DNA of 54,916 nucleotides from Candidatus Uhrbacteria bacterium RIFOXYB12_FULL_58_10 (GCA_943359455.1 CALRHL010000004.1:1-54916), one strand, 5' to 3'; positions 18,101 to 26,584 are shown, counted from the stretch's first letter. Notes: generated by a model from the sequence alone, not told the origin. Numbers and translations: made by a program.

Positions 18101-18382
18101 CGCGCGTCGTTGCTTAATGATGTCGCGATAGCGACGTTCGAGTGTACGGAGTTGAAACGTTTGATTCACTTCAACAGAAATACTTCCGTCTGGATTTGTA
18201 AATGGAACAAACTCTCTCACAGCAGTATGTTCAATATCAACCGGTGTCACTTTTCCAATCGACATGGCTCTTTTCAGTTGTGAAGGAATTGATGTGACTT
18301 CTTCACCTTCCTTCACAGGAAAATATCGATATCGTTTTCCCTCAGGAAGATGCAAGGGTTGGCCAGGTTGTTTTGTAGACAT
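15146..18382 (-). CDS. MoxR/CbbQ-type AAA+ ATPase with N-terminal coiled-coil region and C-terminal GXGXG (GltB/FwdC-like) beta-helix
   Basis: Walker A GPPGTGKT, Walker B IVLDEVDK, IHPNARVVATSN, AVISRF, ISVRTL; C-terminal repeats AGNYVGREMSGG / VGNHFGNRMNGG / AGFGMKGG. Confidence 0.85.
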   Translation of the reverse strand: MSTKQPGQPLHLPEGKRYRYFPVKEGEEVTSIPSQLKRAMSIGKVTPVDIEHTAVREFVPFTNPDGSISVEVNQTFQLRTLERRYRDIIKQRRALSERIKTIERAVQIQSAPNSPVRGLTDLFGGGKTNQLEALRREHAELTKTFFEMRDRVSFEVRKRLAFQTEKPTPEQQVASETLFSLMRRADARRKFVVYEQQLFEISQLHKKELLLNELTALVIRAENMQFTTDPKRPPESIDQLLRTHLQEDFDGLVDRYLESNILEFDKENSQNATEKISSFLLEVCSTRSGDSLSQERIVLQQRQRDMQSDIETKLRDPRNSELAEYIQEREVGSLLEDYHVHGKTFIPVGEIKADMDTLRELVLAPGGKVARVLLYGPPGTGKTESLREIARENHQPCRVISIHEGSSFETLVGMHQLPLPRAETLKDAEVFWRSIENKKGDELLAHIPEGILEEFSGDTPAEKAEDFRRWYKYKFDLARSIAAIGAVAPDDKRILKARQEALAAWVDQPLSLALQEGAIIVLDEVDKAGKGLEGVYDLLTRRPGKGFRPAGRSEEFRIHPNARVVATSNWGDIQSERAGGGDIPPAVISRFPEKRKVDYLSYDTEMKLLEIMSTMPDDPHQSLLKEEEYEMAKKLLSDVFPKLRKMYLSPGDLNMVSPISVRTLENIIALVVNSATKSRSVDRNGIPTHFLEAAWKVVMAGPWRQDDMKKARLEIFKQFATSGIFGDLDTQEYPIHLIASRLTGVSVQDAAQILSVGRSTQTELPASFRFGKKLSEKPRARNKALFSELRFESSRMILAEEDKAWRKRIEEEGGDPDVQKQLGELTQTWFSLRDAESAEVKADPEELLIADTQILRSIVTGGIVEPEDMQVYVNRIRTEILPSRSWEDQKMVGLFISRLLYLHFENMSDEDAMKQEIVINLSASPSLDLLGYRLQKGFVKIIGIAGNYVGREMSGGKLQVDSVGNHFGNRMNGGELTAYRVGARAFQNMEGGEGYVLQTAEDRAGFGMKGGTLHLNKTGQRACNRAVGGTVYIRKAGNRLGENSEKDLTIFVEEMENKGSQCKAKIVVGPLPEKEVKP

Positions 18383-18446
18383 AACGTAAAATTCATAGGG
18401 ACTTTTGTCCCGTCGGTCATAGTATACAACACAAAAGAGACCTCTA

Positions 18447-18476
18447 CAAAAGCAAAACCGCCTAAGAAAAGGCGGT
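18447..18476 (-). terminator. intrinsic terminator closing candidate ncRNA A
   Basis: minus strand accgcct-tttctt-aggcggt followed by tttgctttt. Confidence 0.75.
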
Positions 18477-19270
18477 CAAGCGATTTTTGGAGCGTACTCC
18501 GGACGAATCTCTTTTGAAACACATGTCGATCAGGATGGGGATTTAAGCCGTTGTTTCGGCTCCCCACCACAAATCGTCAGCAACGGCGCGTACCGTTGGC
18601 AGGTTGCCCTGCGATGTTTCAACGTTGATTTGCCTGCCTTGCGGCTACCCTCACGGCACGTCGCGTACCGTAACGAGGGACAATTTTCGGTTCCTATGCA
18701 TTCGCGCAGCACAGGGAGACATTGATTAAGCTCTCGTCGACAATGGCATGGCCACGTCGTGCGTCGGCCTAGAGCCGGCGCTGAGATACCTTAATCTGTC
18801 TTTTCACCGAAGGCTTGTTGAGCCTTGTGTGTCTTTTCAAACACACTCACCTCGCCGAAGTTATTTAGGGCAACCGACGAGGGCCCTCGATCCTTACGGA
18901 CCGGGTTTTGGGCGCGTCACACATCTTGTCCAGATCTCATTTCGAATGAATTTTTACAGTTAGATCGAGAAGCGGAATTGCTCTCGAAATCTCTGCGATC
19001 CACCCTCAGGTGAATCCGCTCCGAGCCATTTGCGCTCGAAACGGATAGCACAGGACCACTCCTCGTACTATCATCATTCAAAACGGTCTGGCACAAGCCC
19101 TGTTACTCTCCGCTAATCTCAGGCGGAAACAGTAACAGTTTTTGTGTACGCGTTTACCCAAGGGGCGAGGCTGGTGCCTCTCCGTAGCCCCTTCTGCCAT
19201 TTCTGGCAGTATTCTCAATTGGTTCGGGAGTGAGAACAACCCGGAAATCCACACACCTAATTGCATGTGG
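18450..19270 (-). ncRNA. candidate large structured ncRNA A (~800 nt)
   Basis: No credible ORF; promoter at 19277-19305 and terminator at 18447-18476 on the same strand; many GNRA-capped hairpins on the minus strand. Confidence 0.7.
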
Positions 19271-19276
19271 AAAAAT

Positions 19277-19305
19277 ATGTTAACACGATAATGAACTTTT
19301 GTCAA
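19277..19305 (-). promoter_or_regulatory. sigma70 promoter of ncRNA A
   Basis: minus strand TTGACA-17 nt-TAACAT with TG extension. Confidence 0.75.
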
Positions 19306-19400
19306 GTGATGGATGTACAGAATTGTATGAGACATACCCTCAATCGCCCGTTGACATAACGATGAATCTCTGATATTGAGGAAATAGCCAGAGGAGCTCA

Positions 19401-19607
19401 ATGTCAACAAAAATCAGCAAGGAGAACCGCGAAATCATTCGTCAGTATCTTAGACGAATGCAAGAAACGTTCACTTCCGCAGGAATTACCGAAACATTCC
19501 TTGATTCCGATCAAGGACTCATCGTTCATCGATACGCAAACGGAAAAGAAGCAACTGTGGATGCAGACGCCATTCTCAAAGAGATTGGCACGCAAACCAC
19601 CACATAA
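19401..19607 (+). CDS. small hypothetical protein (68 aa)
   Basis: SD gaggag before ATG; terminator begins at the stop codon. Confidence 0.7.
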   Translation: MSTKISKENREIIRQYLRRMQETFTSAGITETFLDSDQGLIVHRYANGKEATVDADAILKEIGTQTTT

Positions 19608-19631
19608 CTGCCACAAATCTGGCAGTTTTTT
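19606..19631 (+). terminator. intrinsic terminator
   Basis: aactgcca-caaatc-tggcagtt + T run. Confidence 0.75.
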
Positions 19632-19641
19632 CATTGATCAC

Positions 19642-19670
19642 TTGACAGTTTGGCTGTTTTGTGGTATATT
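19642..19670 (+). promoter_or_regulatory. sigma70 promoter of ncRNA B
   Basis: TTGACA (19642-19647)-17 nt-TATATT (19665-19670) with TG extension. Confidence 0.8.
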
Positions 19671-19676
19671 GATGAT

Positions 19677-20310
19677 CTCAAACATGTTGTTTGGGACTCT
19701 CAGTGTGTTCGCGGCAATTTGCCGAAGGAGGTAAACGTGTCCTTTCTACGAGATCATTAGTTTGTCATTCTCCATGCCACGTCTCAAATAAAGGCATGGT
19801 AAGCCATTGGTGAAAACCATGGCGGGGGTATCAGTAATACGGCGCTGCCGTCCCCTGAGTAACAATCGGACTAGTAACTATGACTAGGCGTGAAGCCTTG
19901 AGTAGTTCTGGAGCTATCCTATCCGATCTCAAAAAGCAGTCTGATATTTGTCAGTCTGCTGAAGGTTCTTCACCGGTTGCCTACGCTGACCTTCGGTGAA
20001 GTAAGTGCGAAGGTGGATCTACACCTTTGCGCGGGGCCCAACGTCCCTTGGATAAAAATCAGGTATTTGGCGGGAGTTTCGGCTCCCGGCGAAAGATCTG
20101 ATGCTATAGAGCCAAAAACGTTCTCCAATTTAAACGGCGCGTGATGCGTCGTATGGAGTGTCGGTACCGAGAGGCCGACTTAAAGCGCGGGAATGTAATC
20201 CCATCGTCCGCGCTCAAAAGCAAGCACTGTCTGTTGGGAACTCAGTCTCATTTTTCTGCCACTCTTAACCCGTCGTCGATGCGCGAGCATTGCCGACGGG
20301 TTTCTTTTTT
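19677..20310 (+). ncRNA. candidate large structured ncRNA B (~600 nt)
   Basis: No credible ORF; near-consensus promoter; dense hairpins; possible 5'/3' closing helix (19701-19712 with 20220-20229); + strand terminator. Confidence 0.7.
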
Positions 20311-20312
20311 TT
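20267..20312 (+). terminator. intrinsic terminator (U-tract on + strand), convergent with trxB
   Basis: aacccgtcg...cgacgggtt + tcttttttt. Confidence 0.8.
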
Positions 20313-21234
20313 ATTCCCGTCCTGCCAACCATCGCTCTGCATCTATGGCAGCCATGCAGCCGGTTCCTGCTGCTGTCACGGCTTGGCGATAATAATGATC
20401 GGCGACGTCGCCGGCGGCGAAGATGCCTTCGATGTTTGTTTTGGTGGAGCCTGGCGCGGTTTTCAAATAACCTTTTGCGTCGAAATCGAGAATGCCTTTG
20501 AACAAACTTGTGTTCGGTGTATGTCCGATCGCCATAAACACTCCTTCGGTTGGGTGATCGACTGTCTCGTTCGTCTTATTGTTAAAAACTTTCACCCCTG
20601 TAACTTTTTTCCCATCCCCAGTAATTTCCCTAATTTCCGAATTCCATCGGAATTCAATTTTCGGATTATTTCTTGCTCGCTCCTGCATGATTTTACTCGC
20701 TCGTAATTCTTCTTTTCTGACAATCACGGTCACTGTCTCCGCGAATCGCGTCAAAAACGTTGCTTCTTCCATCGCACTGTCTCCACCACCAACCACGATA
20801 ATTTTTTTGCCCTTAAAGAAAAACCCGTCGCATGTTGCACATGCTGAAACTCCACGGCCGCCGTATTCTTTTTCTCCAGGAATGTTTAGCCACATCGCGG
20901 TCGCACCCGTTGCGACAATCACGGACTCAGACAAATATGTCTGATCTGCTGTCTTGACCACGAACGGATGAACAGAAAAATCTACATGGACGACATCGTC
21001 AGCAATCATCCTCGTTCCGAACCGCTCCGACTGCTTCTTAAACTGTTCCATCATCTCCGGACCCATCAGTCCAGATGGAAATCCAGGATAGTTTTCAACT
21101 TCGGTTGTAAGCATGAGCTGTCCCCCAGGAACACGACCTTCAAAAAGAAGCGGCTTCAATTCCGCTCGTGCCGCGTAGATTGCTGCTGTGTGACCAGCAG
21201 GACCAGATCCAATGATGATCAGTTTTTCTGTCAT
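20311..21234 (-). CDS. trxB: thioredoxin-disulfide reductase
   Basis: GSGPAG, CATCDG, GGGDSA, FAAGDV, RQAVTAAG. Confidence 0.97.
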   Translation of the reverse strand: MTEKLIIIGSGPAGHTAAIYAARAELKPLLFEGRVPGGQLMLTTEVENYPGFPSGLMGPEMMEQFKKQSERFGTRMIADDVVHVDFSVHPFVVKTADQTYLSESVIVATGATAMWLNIPGEKEYGGRGVSACATCDGFFFKGKKIIVVGGGDSAMEEATFLTRFAETVTVIVRKEELRASKIMQERARNNPKIEFRWNSEIREITGDGKKVTGVKVFNNKTNETVDHPTEGVFMAIGHTPNTSLFKGILDFDAKGYLKTAPGSTKTNIEGIFAAGDVADHYYRQAVTAAGTGCMAAIDAERWLAGRE

Positions 21235-21542
21235 ACATGTTTCTCAACTCGCCCACGGAGTGTTTCCTTTGCCATCGAACCAGAAAACTGGTCCACAACC
21301 TGTCCGCCTTTGAAAACCAAAAAAGTTGGAATAGACAAAATGTTATAGCGTTGTGCAAGGTCTGCATGGTCGTCGACATTTACCTTTGCAAACACCACGT
21401 CGGAAATTTCACCTGCGAGTTCTTCAACGATCGGCGACATGGCTTTACATGGTCCACACCATGGTGCCCAAAAGTCGACGAATACGGGTTTGGAAGAAGC
21501 GAGTACAGAGGAATCGAAATTTTGTGTTGTGAGTTCGAGCAT
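21231..21542 (-). CDS. trxA: thioredoxin
   Basis: DFWAPWCGPC, SIPT; start MLELT at 21542; ATGA overlap with trxB. Confidence 0.96.
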   Translation of the reverse strand: MLELTTQNFDSSVLASSKPVFVDFWAPWCGPCKAMSPIVEELAGEISDVVFAKVNVDDHADLAQRYNILSIPTFLVFKGGQVVDQFSGSMAKETLRGRVEKHV

Positions 21543-21550
21543 AGGGAGTC

Positions 21551-21579
21551 GCGTGTAGCGTTTAGCGTGTAGCGTATAG
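21551..21579. repeat. 7-nt tandem repeat (GCGTDTA)x4
   Basis: gcgtgta gcgttta gcgtgta gcgtata between trxA and infB. Confidence 0.75.
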
Positions 21580-21591
21580 GATAAAAAGGAG

Positions 21592-23631
21592 TTAGCGGAG
21601 ATCGACGCCGTCGATCTGAAGGATACGAGTCTTAGATTCTTCAAAATAGGTTTCTAGTATATCACCGACTTCGATTTTCGTGCGACCAAAATATTCGATT
21701 CCACATTCGGACCCGCCAGACACTTCTTTCACATTCTGTTTTCCTGCTTGGAGCTTCACTATTTCTCCTTCGCCCACCACTTCCATGTCCCCTGTGCTTA
21801 CCGAAGCACGGAGGATGCGCAATTTATTTCCGACACGAATTTTATCTCCCAAAATTTTTCCTCCAATGACCGCGCCTTTATCGAGCTTCTTAAACAAGGC
21901 GAGCACTTCAATCTTTCCCATTTCCGTAATGATCTGCTCGTTTGGTAATAATTTTTGTAATCGCACCAAAATATCTTCAAATAATTTGTAGATAACTTGA
22001 AACTGCAACACTTCTACATTCTTGTCGCGTGCCAAAGCTTCAGCGGTGGATGTTGGCTTCACGTCAAAAGCATATAAGATGGACTTAGTTGCTTCTGCTT
22101 TATCAACGTCTGCATCGGTCACATTTCCGAGACCTTTCGCCACCACTTCAACACCAACCGCATCGTGTTTGATTTTCTCAAGCATTCCCAAAACCGCTTC
22201 GAGTGATCCGAGCACATCGGCGCGCAACATAATGTTGAGCAACTGCTTCCCTTCTTTTGAAGATTCTGGTTTTGCAATGGACGACACCGTCGACTCCACG
22301 GCAGACTTCACAGACTTTCGTATTTTCAAAAGTGATTTTTCATCTTCTGGAACTTCGATAACATCTCCAACCGCCGGAGATACTTTGAATCCTAAAATTT
22401 TTACTGGCATGGATGGTGCTGCCACATCGACGGATTCTCCGCGCCAATCTTTCATGAAACGCACACGCCCAAACATCGAACCACGAATACCGATCGTGTC
22501 TCCACGACGCAATGTCCCTGCTTGAATCAGCGCGGTCGCAACCGGACCTTCCCCTTTATCGATGTGTGACTCAATAATCGTCCCAGCGGCGCGGCGCTTG
22601 GGATTGGCTACAATTTTTTCCTGTTCCATTTCATTGACAAGCAAAAGAGCATCGAGCAACTCATCCATTCCCTGCCCTGTTTTTGCCGACACGGGAAGGA
22701 TCATTGTTTTTCCACCCCACTCTTCTGGTAACAAATTGAGTTCTGCAAGCTGACCTTTCACGCGCTCTGGATTTGCATCGGGTTTATCAATTTTATTGAG
22801 GGCCACAATGTACGGCAATCCAGCTGCCTTAATAATATCAACTGCTTCTTTTGTTTGAGGTTGCACTCCATCGTCGGCCGCAACGACTAAAATAGCGATA
22901 TCCGCAACCTTCGCACCACGAGAACGCATCACCGTAAAAGCCTCGTGTCCTGGAGTGTCAATAAACGTAATCAACTTTTCTTTTCGTACAACTTGATACG
23001 CTCCAATGTGCTGTGTAATTCCGCCCGCTTCAGATTCCATGACATTTGTTTTACGAATCGCGTCAAGAATTTTTGTTTTTCCGTGGTCCACATGTCCCAT
23101 CACAACAATAATTGGCGGACGTGGTTCTAAGTCGGTCTGCAATTCACCTGCAAGCATTTCGGATAAACGCAGAACTCCGATGTCTTGTTCGCTATCCCCT
23201 GCCTTCGCAATTTGTGCCGTTGCCGCCACCCCTAAATCTCCCGACACAATCGATGCGGTTTCAAAATCAATACGCTCGTTCAGCGACGCCAAAATTCCAT
23301 TTTTCATGAGTTCGCGCATCACCTTGGCAATCGGAACATCAATCATTGCCGCAAAATCACGCACCGTCATCACCGCTGGTAATTCGACCGTTCGCTCCGC
23401 AACAGGCTTATCTCCCGCCTTCTGAGCCACTCCACGCGACAACTGCTCATCACGCTTCGATGTCATGCGCTCGCGTCGCTTCATCTCATTCCAAGCCTCC
23501 ACAATACGTTGCGCCTCTCGATCGTTTACCTTCACCGCATTTTTTCCATAACCCAAACCGAGCTGAGGAAGTTTCTCCCGCAACTCGTTCGTAGGAATCT
23601 TCAATTTTCGCGCAATCTCTGTAATGTTCAT
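21592..23631 (-). CDS. infB: translation initiation factor IF-2
   Basis: [37 protein letters not shown]; start MNITE at 23631. Confidence 0.97.
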   Translation of the reverse strand: MNITEIARKLKIPTNELREKLPQLGLGYGKNAVKVNDREAQRIVEAWNEMKRRERMTSKRDEQLSRGVAQKAGDKPVAERTVELPAVMTVRDFAAMIDVPIAKVMRELMKNGILASLNERIDFETASIVSGDLGVAATAQIAKAGDSEQDIGVLRLSEMLAGELQTDLEPRPPIIVVMGHVDHGKTKILDAIRKTNVMESEAGGITQHIGAYQVVRKEKLITFIDTPGHEAFTVMRSRGAKVADIAILVVAADDGVQPQTKEAVDIIKAAGLPYIVALNKIDKPDANPERVKGQLAELNLLPEEWGGKTMILPVSAKTGQGMDELLDALLLVNEMEQEKIVANPKRRAAGTIIESHIDKGEGPVATALIQAGTLRRGDTIGIRGSMFGRVRFMKDWRGESVDVAAPSMPVKILGFKVSPAVGDVIEVPEDEKSLLKIRKSVKSAVESTVSSIAKPESSKEGKQLLNIMLRADVLGSLEAVLGMLEKIKHDAVGVEVVAKGLGNVTDADVDKAEATKSILYAFDVKPTSTAEALARDKNVEVLQFQVIYKLFEDILVRLQKLLPNEQIITEMGKIEVLALFKKLDKGAVIGGKILGDKIRVGNKLRILRASVSTGDMEVVGEGEIVKLQAGKQNVKEVSGGSECGIEYFGRTKIEVGDILETYFEESKTRILQIDGVDLR

Positions 23632-23638
23632 GGTCGCA

Positions 23639-23667
23639 ACTATACTGGTTGCAACCAAAAGCGTCAA
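23639..23667 (-). promoter_or_regulatory. promoter giving an apparently leaderless infB mRNA
   Basis: TTGACG-17 nt-TATAGT, 7 nt before ATG, no SD. Confidence 0.65.
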
Positions 23668-23678
23668 CGTGTTCCTGT

Positions 23679-24089
23679 TCAGCTGGTTGTTACAGACTGA
23701 AGATGCTCCTTTATTTTCTCCACCATCTCTGTAAGCGAATAGTCTGCCTTCACAAGATATTCTCGAATTCCGAGTTTTTCCATTTGAGCGACATCGTCTT
23801 GTTGACCAAGATTCGAGAGAACAACGACTGGCAGCTTCGCAGTCGATTTATTTTTGCGGATCTCTTTAAGAACTTCAAACCCACTTTTTTTTGGCAAAAT
23901 CAAATCGAGCAGCATGAGCGTTGGGACAAGTTTGATCGCGTCCAAAACAGCTTCTTCGCCATCGGTTGCAACCGTCACATCCATCCCTTCATCTTTCAAA
24001 CGAGCAGACAACACTTTATACAGAAATGGATCGTCCTCTACGAGCAACACAACCGGCTTATTCGAAACGGATTTCTTTTTTACAGGCAT
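23679..24089 (-). CDS. single-domain response regulator (receiver)
   Basis: LLVEDD, LLDLILPKKSG, LSN, YLVK; start uncertain (24089 or 24104). Confidence 0.9.
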   Translation of the reverse strand: MPVKKKSVSNKPVVLLVEDDPFLYKVLSARLKDEGMDVTVATDGEEAVLDAIKLVPTLMLLDLILPKKSGFEVLKEIRKNKSTAKLPVVVLSNLGQQDDVAQMEKLGIREYLVKADYSLTEMVEKIKEHLQSVTTS

Positions 24090-24113
24090 AGTTCGTGTAC
24101 TCACTACAAGTAA

Positions 24114-24494
24114 TTATTTCTTCAAAATATCCTCAACTGTTTTATAAAGCAGCTCAGGAGAAATAGTTGTCTTTACGAGATAATGCATCGCTCCAAGCGT
24201 GAGACCATGCTTTTGTTCAAAGTCTTGATCGAGGCTCGACAAAATCACCACAGGGAGAGATTTTGTTTTTGGATTACGCCGAATTTCGGTGAGAACTTCA
24301 AACCCATCTTTTTTTGGAAGCAAAACGTCGAGCAAAACAAGATCTGGACTCTCGTGGACAGATTTTTCAACTCCCTCAACACCATCTTCAGCCGTCACAA
24401 CGGTATACCCTGCCTTTTTCAACCACAAAGAATACATCGTGCGCAATGCGGTTTCATCTTCCACCACGAGGATTTTTTGCTTTTTGACTGCCAT
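24114..24494 (-). CDS. single-domain response regulator (receiver)
   Basis: LVVEDE, LLDVLLPKKDG, LSS, YLVK. Confidence 0.9.
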   Translation of the reverse strand: MAVKKQKILVVEDETALRTMYSLWLKKAGYTVVTAEDGVEGVEKSVHESPDLVLLDVLLPKKDGFEVLTEIRRNPKTKSLPVVILSSLDQDFEQKHGLTLGAMHYLVKTTISPELLYKTVEDILKK

Positions 24495-24522
24495 ACAAAT
24501 GAAGTATATCAAATGCGAGAAA

Positions 24523-24685
24523 TAATACTATCTCCAACTAACCATCCGGCACCATCCCGTCCAAAATTGGGCTCCGACTTTGAGAAAAGTCTTCAACATA
24601 TCTACGGATATGCTTCAGACTTTTCTCTTCGTCTCGCCTCAATTTTGAACGGGCTATACCGAAGCGTTAATGGGAGATGGTATAA
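24523..24685 (+). mobile_element. MITE family 2, copy 1 (163 bp); overlaps 3' end of histidine kinase gene
   Basis: near-identical to reverse complement of 34925-35087; ends atactatctccaa / tgggagatggtat. Confidence 0.9.
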
Positions 24686-25631
24686 CAGGAAGCTCCACAC
24701 GCATCGTTGTGCCTTTTCCCTGTCGACTTTCAAAAGTCATCTGACCTCCAAACTCCCTCACAATCGCCTGCGACAGGGTGAGCGAAATTCCAGATCCATC
24801 CACCCACAAGTCAGACGCATTGCTCGCACGATAAAAAGGCGTGAACATGGCGGCTTGTTCTGGTTCCGGGATGCCAATCCCTTGGTCTTTGATCGTGATG
24901 ATAATCTTTTTTTTTTCTTGATCAACGTTAAGGCTCACCACAACTTTCTTCCCGATCTTGGTATACAAAATCGCGTTTGCAAGTAAGGCGTCAAGAACTT
25001 GATGAATGCGATTTGCGTCACAACGAATAGATGGAGATACAGTGAGTGGACGATTCCAAACGAGCGAAATCTTTTTTCGTCTCGCTTGTACGGCCCAACG
25101 ACCGAGCGACTCATCGATGAGCGGAACGATTTCACACACCTTGAGCTTCACACGAAGCTTTTCACCCTTCAACACTCCAAGCGTATCTTGTAAAATCAAC
25201 GTTCGATTCAAAACATCAACCGCAGCGTGTTCAAGGGTATCGAGTAACTCACGTTGCGCGGTGGTGAGACGCCCTGCCTCCTCGTTTTTGAGCATCTCTG
25301 TTGACCATCGAATTTCATTCAGAGGTGTGCGAAGCGTGTGCGCAATTCGCATCATAAAATTATGCAAGTTCGCCGCGGATGTTTCTGCTTGTCGTTCGCA
25401 TGTACTTACTTCGTCTTCAATATGTCGCGAAGCTTGGTAGGCAGCAAAAATTCCACCAAATGAAACGAAAAGACAAATGAGCGTGAGAATGATGACTCCT
25501 GTGGCGGCAGAGGTCACCACGGTTGCGGCAACCATAGACATCACAATGGCGAGAAGACCGCACAAAACATACGCCGTTGCCATGCGTTTTCGAATCACCC
25601 CAATGCGTTTCCATTGTCCCCCTCCTTGCAT
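24654..25631 (-). CDS. sensor histidine kinase (2 TM, HisKA + HATPase_c)
   Basis: IAHTLRTPL (H box), LLANAILY (N), IKDQGIGI (G1), FTPFYR (F), GSGISL (G2). Confidence 0.9.
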   Translation of the reverse strand: MQGGGQWKRIGVIRKRMATAYVLCGLLAIVMSMVAATVVTSAATGVIILTLICLFVSFGGIFAAYQASRHIEDEVSTCERQAETSAANLHNFMMRIAHTLRTPLNEIRWSTEMLKNEEAGRLTTAQRELLDTLEHAAVDVLNRTLILQDTLGVLKGEKLRVKLKVCEIVPLIDESLGRWAVQARRKKISLVWNRPLTVSPSIRCDANRIHQVLDALLANAILYTKIGKKVVVSLNVDQEKKKIIITIKDQGIGIPEPEQAAMFTPFYRASNASDLWVDGSGISLTLSQAIVREFGGQMTFESRQGKGTTMRVELPVIPSPINASV

Positions 25632-25664
25632 AGATACATAAAATTATAGCATGATGAAGAAAAT

Positions 25665-26441
25665 ATGTCTGGTTTTCTTCTTATCGACAAACCCGAAGGA
25701 ATGACTTCTCACGACGTCGTGAGTCGTATTCGACGACTGGCAGGTGAAAAACGTGTTGGTCATGCCGGGACACTCGATCCGTTTGCAACGGGGTTGCTTA
25801 TTGTTGGTGTTGGACGAGTCGCCACACGAGAGTTTTCGAAGTTAGTTGGGTTAGATAAGGAGTATGAAGCAGAGTTTGTCCTCGGGGCAACGAGTGATAC
25901 AGATGATCGGACCGGCGTCATTGCGAGCTCCGAAGGAGCGCGGCAATCCACCGAGAGATTGCTTCGCTCCGCTCGCAATGACGAAGTGGCAAACCATATC
26001 ACGGACACAGTGAAACAATTCACTGGCCCAATCCAACAAATCCCCTGCACCTACTCAGCGATCAAAATCAACGGAAAAAAAATGTACGAAGCCGCCCGCG
26101 CTGGAAAACCTCTCGAAGCCAAACCCCGCTCCGTCACCGTCTACTCCTTCGAATTGATTGAATCTATCCAGGACGATGCGGGGTCAAGGGACCCCGCCTA
26201 TATTCGTTTTCGAATCCACTGCTCTTCCGGAACCTACATCCGTGCCCTTGCTCGCGATCTCGGACAGATTCTCAAAACAGGCGGATATGTCCAGGAACTA
26301 CGTCGAACCGCGGTTGGACCATTCCGAATCGAACAATCCACAGCCCTGCGCGACCTCACCCCAGAAACCATCCAGCAAGCAATTTTGCCTATAGAAACCA
26401 TCTTGTCACAGATCCCTTCATCTGCTACTGTATCTTCGTAA
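25665..26441 (+). CDS. truB: tRNA pseudouridine(55) synthase
   Basis: DKPEGMTSHDVV, GHAGTLDPFATGLL, YSAIKINGK, CSSGTYIRALARD, LRRT. Confidence 0.96.
   Translation: MSGFLLIDKPEGMTSHDVVSRIRRLAGEKRVGHAGTLDPFATGLLIVGVGRVATREFSKLVGLDKEYEAEFVLGATSDTDDRTGVIASSEGARQSTERLLRSARNDEVANHITDTVKQFTGPIQQIPCTYSAIKINGKKMYEAARAGKPLEAKPRSVTVYSFELIESIQDDAGSRDPAYIRFRIHCSSGTYIRALARDLGQILKTGGYVQELRRTAVGPFRIEQSTALRDLTPETIQQAILPIETILSQIPSSATVSS
25916..25983. repeat. palindromic REP/RPE-like element in frame within truB
   Basis: 13-bp perfect IR cgtcattgcgagc / gctcgcaatgacg with inner gcaatc/gattgc; related half copy intergenic at 36401-36437. Confidence 0.85.
26178..26201. repeat. short REP-like hairpin in frame within truB
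   Basis: gcggggtc-aagg-gaccccgc-ctat (encodes AGSRDPAY). Confidence 0.65.
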
Positions 26442-26448
26442 CTCAGAA

Positions 26449-26584
26449 TCCTTCAGATTTGATACCGTAGCAGGCGTCCCTATGACTTTTCGCTTGATTT
26501 CGCCTTTTTTCCTCGTTTATTCTCTGTCTCATAAGCGACAGACTGTTTAACGTTGATCAAAACGCTACTGTTTCCTTCTGGAGA
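26449..26584 (+). ncRNA. possible 6S RNA (ssrS) or structured rny leader
   Basis: cttcaga/tctggag and gtagc/gctac end pairing, pyrimidine-rich centre, upstream TTGTCA-17-TACTGT; ssrS-rny adjacency is known in several phyla. Confidence 0.4.

Noticed and set aside
18313-19410. Short ORFs 18313-18570, 18530-18712, 18748-18963, 18825-19013, 19078-19410
   Set aside because: Mostly non-ATG starts, no SD, no recognisable motifs, mutually overlapping on both strands; they look like chance ORFs.
18803-20000. Shared 11-mer CCUUCGGUGAA in ncRNA candidates A and B as evidence of homology
   Set aside because: A single 11-mer between 800- and 600-nt sequences is within chance range.
18450-20312. RNase P RNA, tmRNA, rRNA fragment or group I/II intron
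   Set aside because: I found no GAGGAAAGUCC/P4 motif, no tRNA-like ends, no domain V or P7 consensus and no interrupted host gene; a covariance-model search is still needed.
24183-24986. 267-aa + strand ORF, and 34930-35268, sharing ILSPTNHPAPSRPKLG
   Set aside because: The shared peptide is just the MITE read through; the ORFs are antisense to real genes and show no transposase motif.
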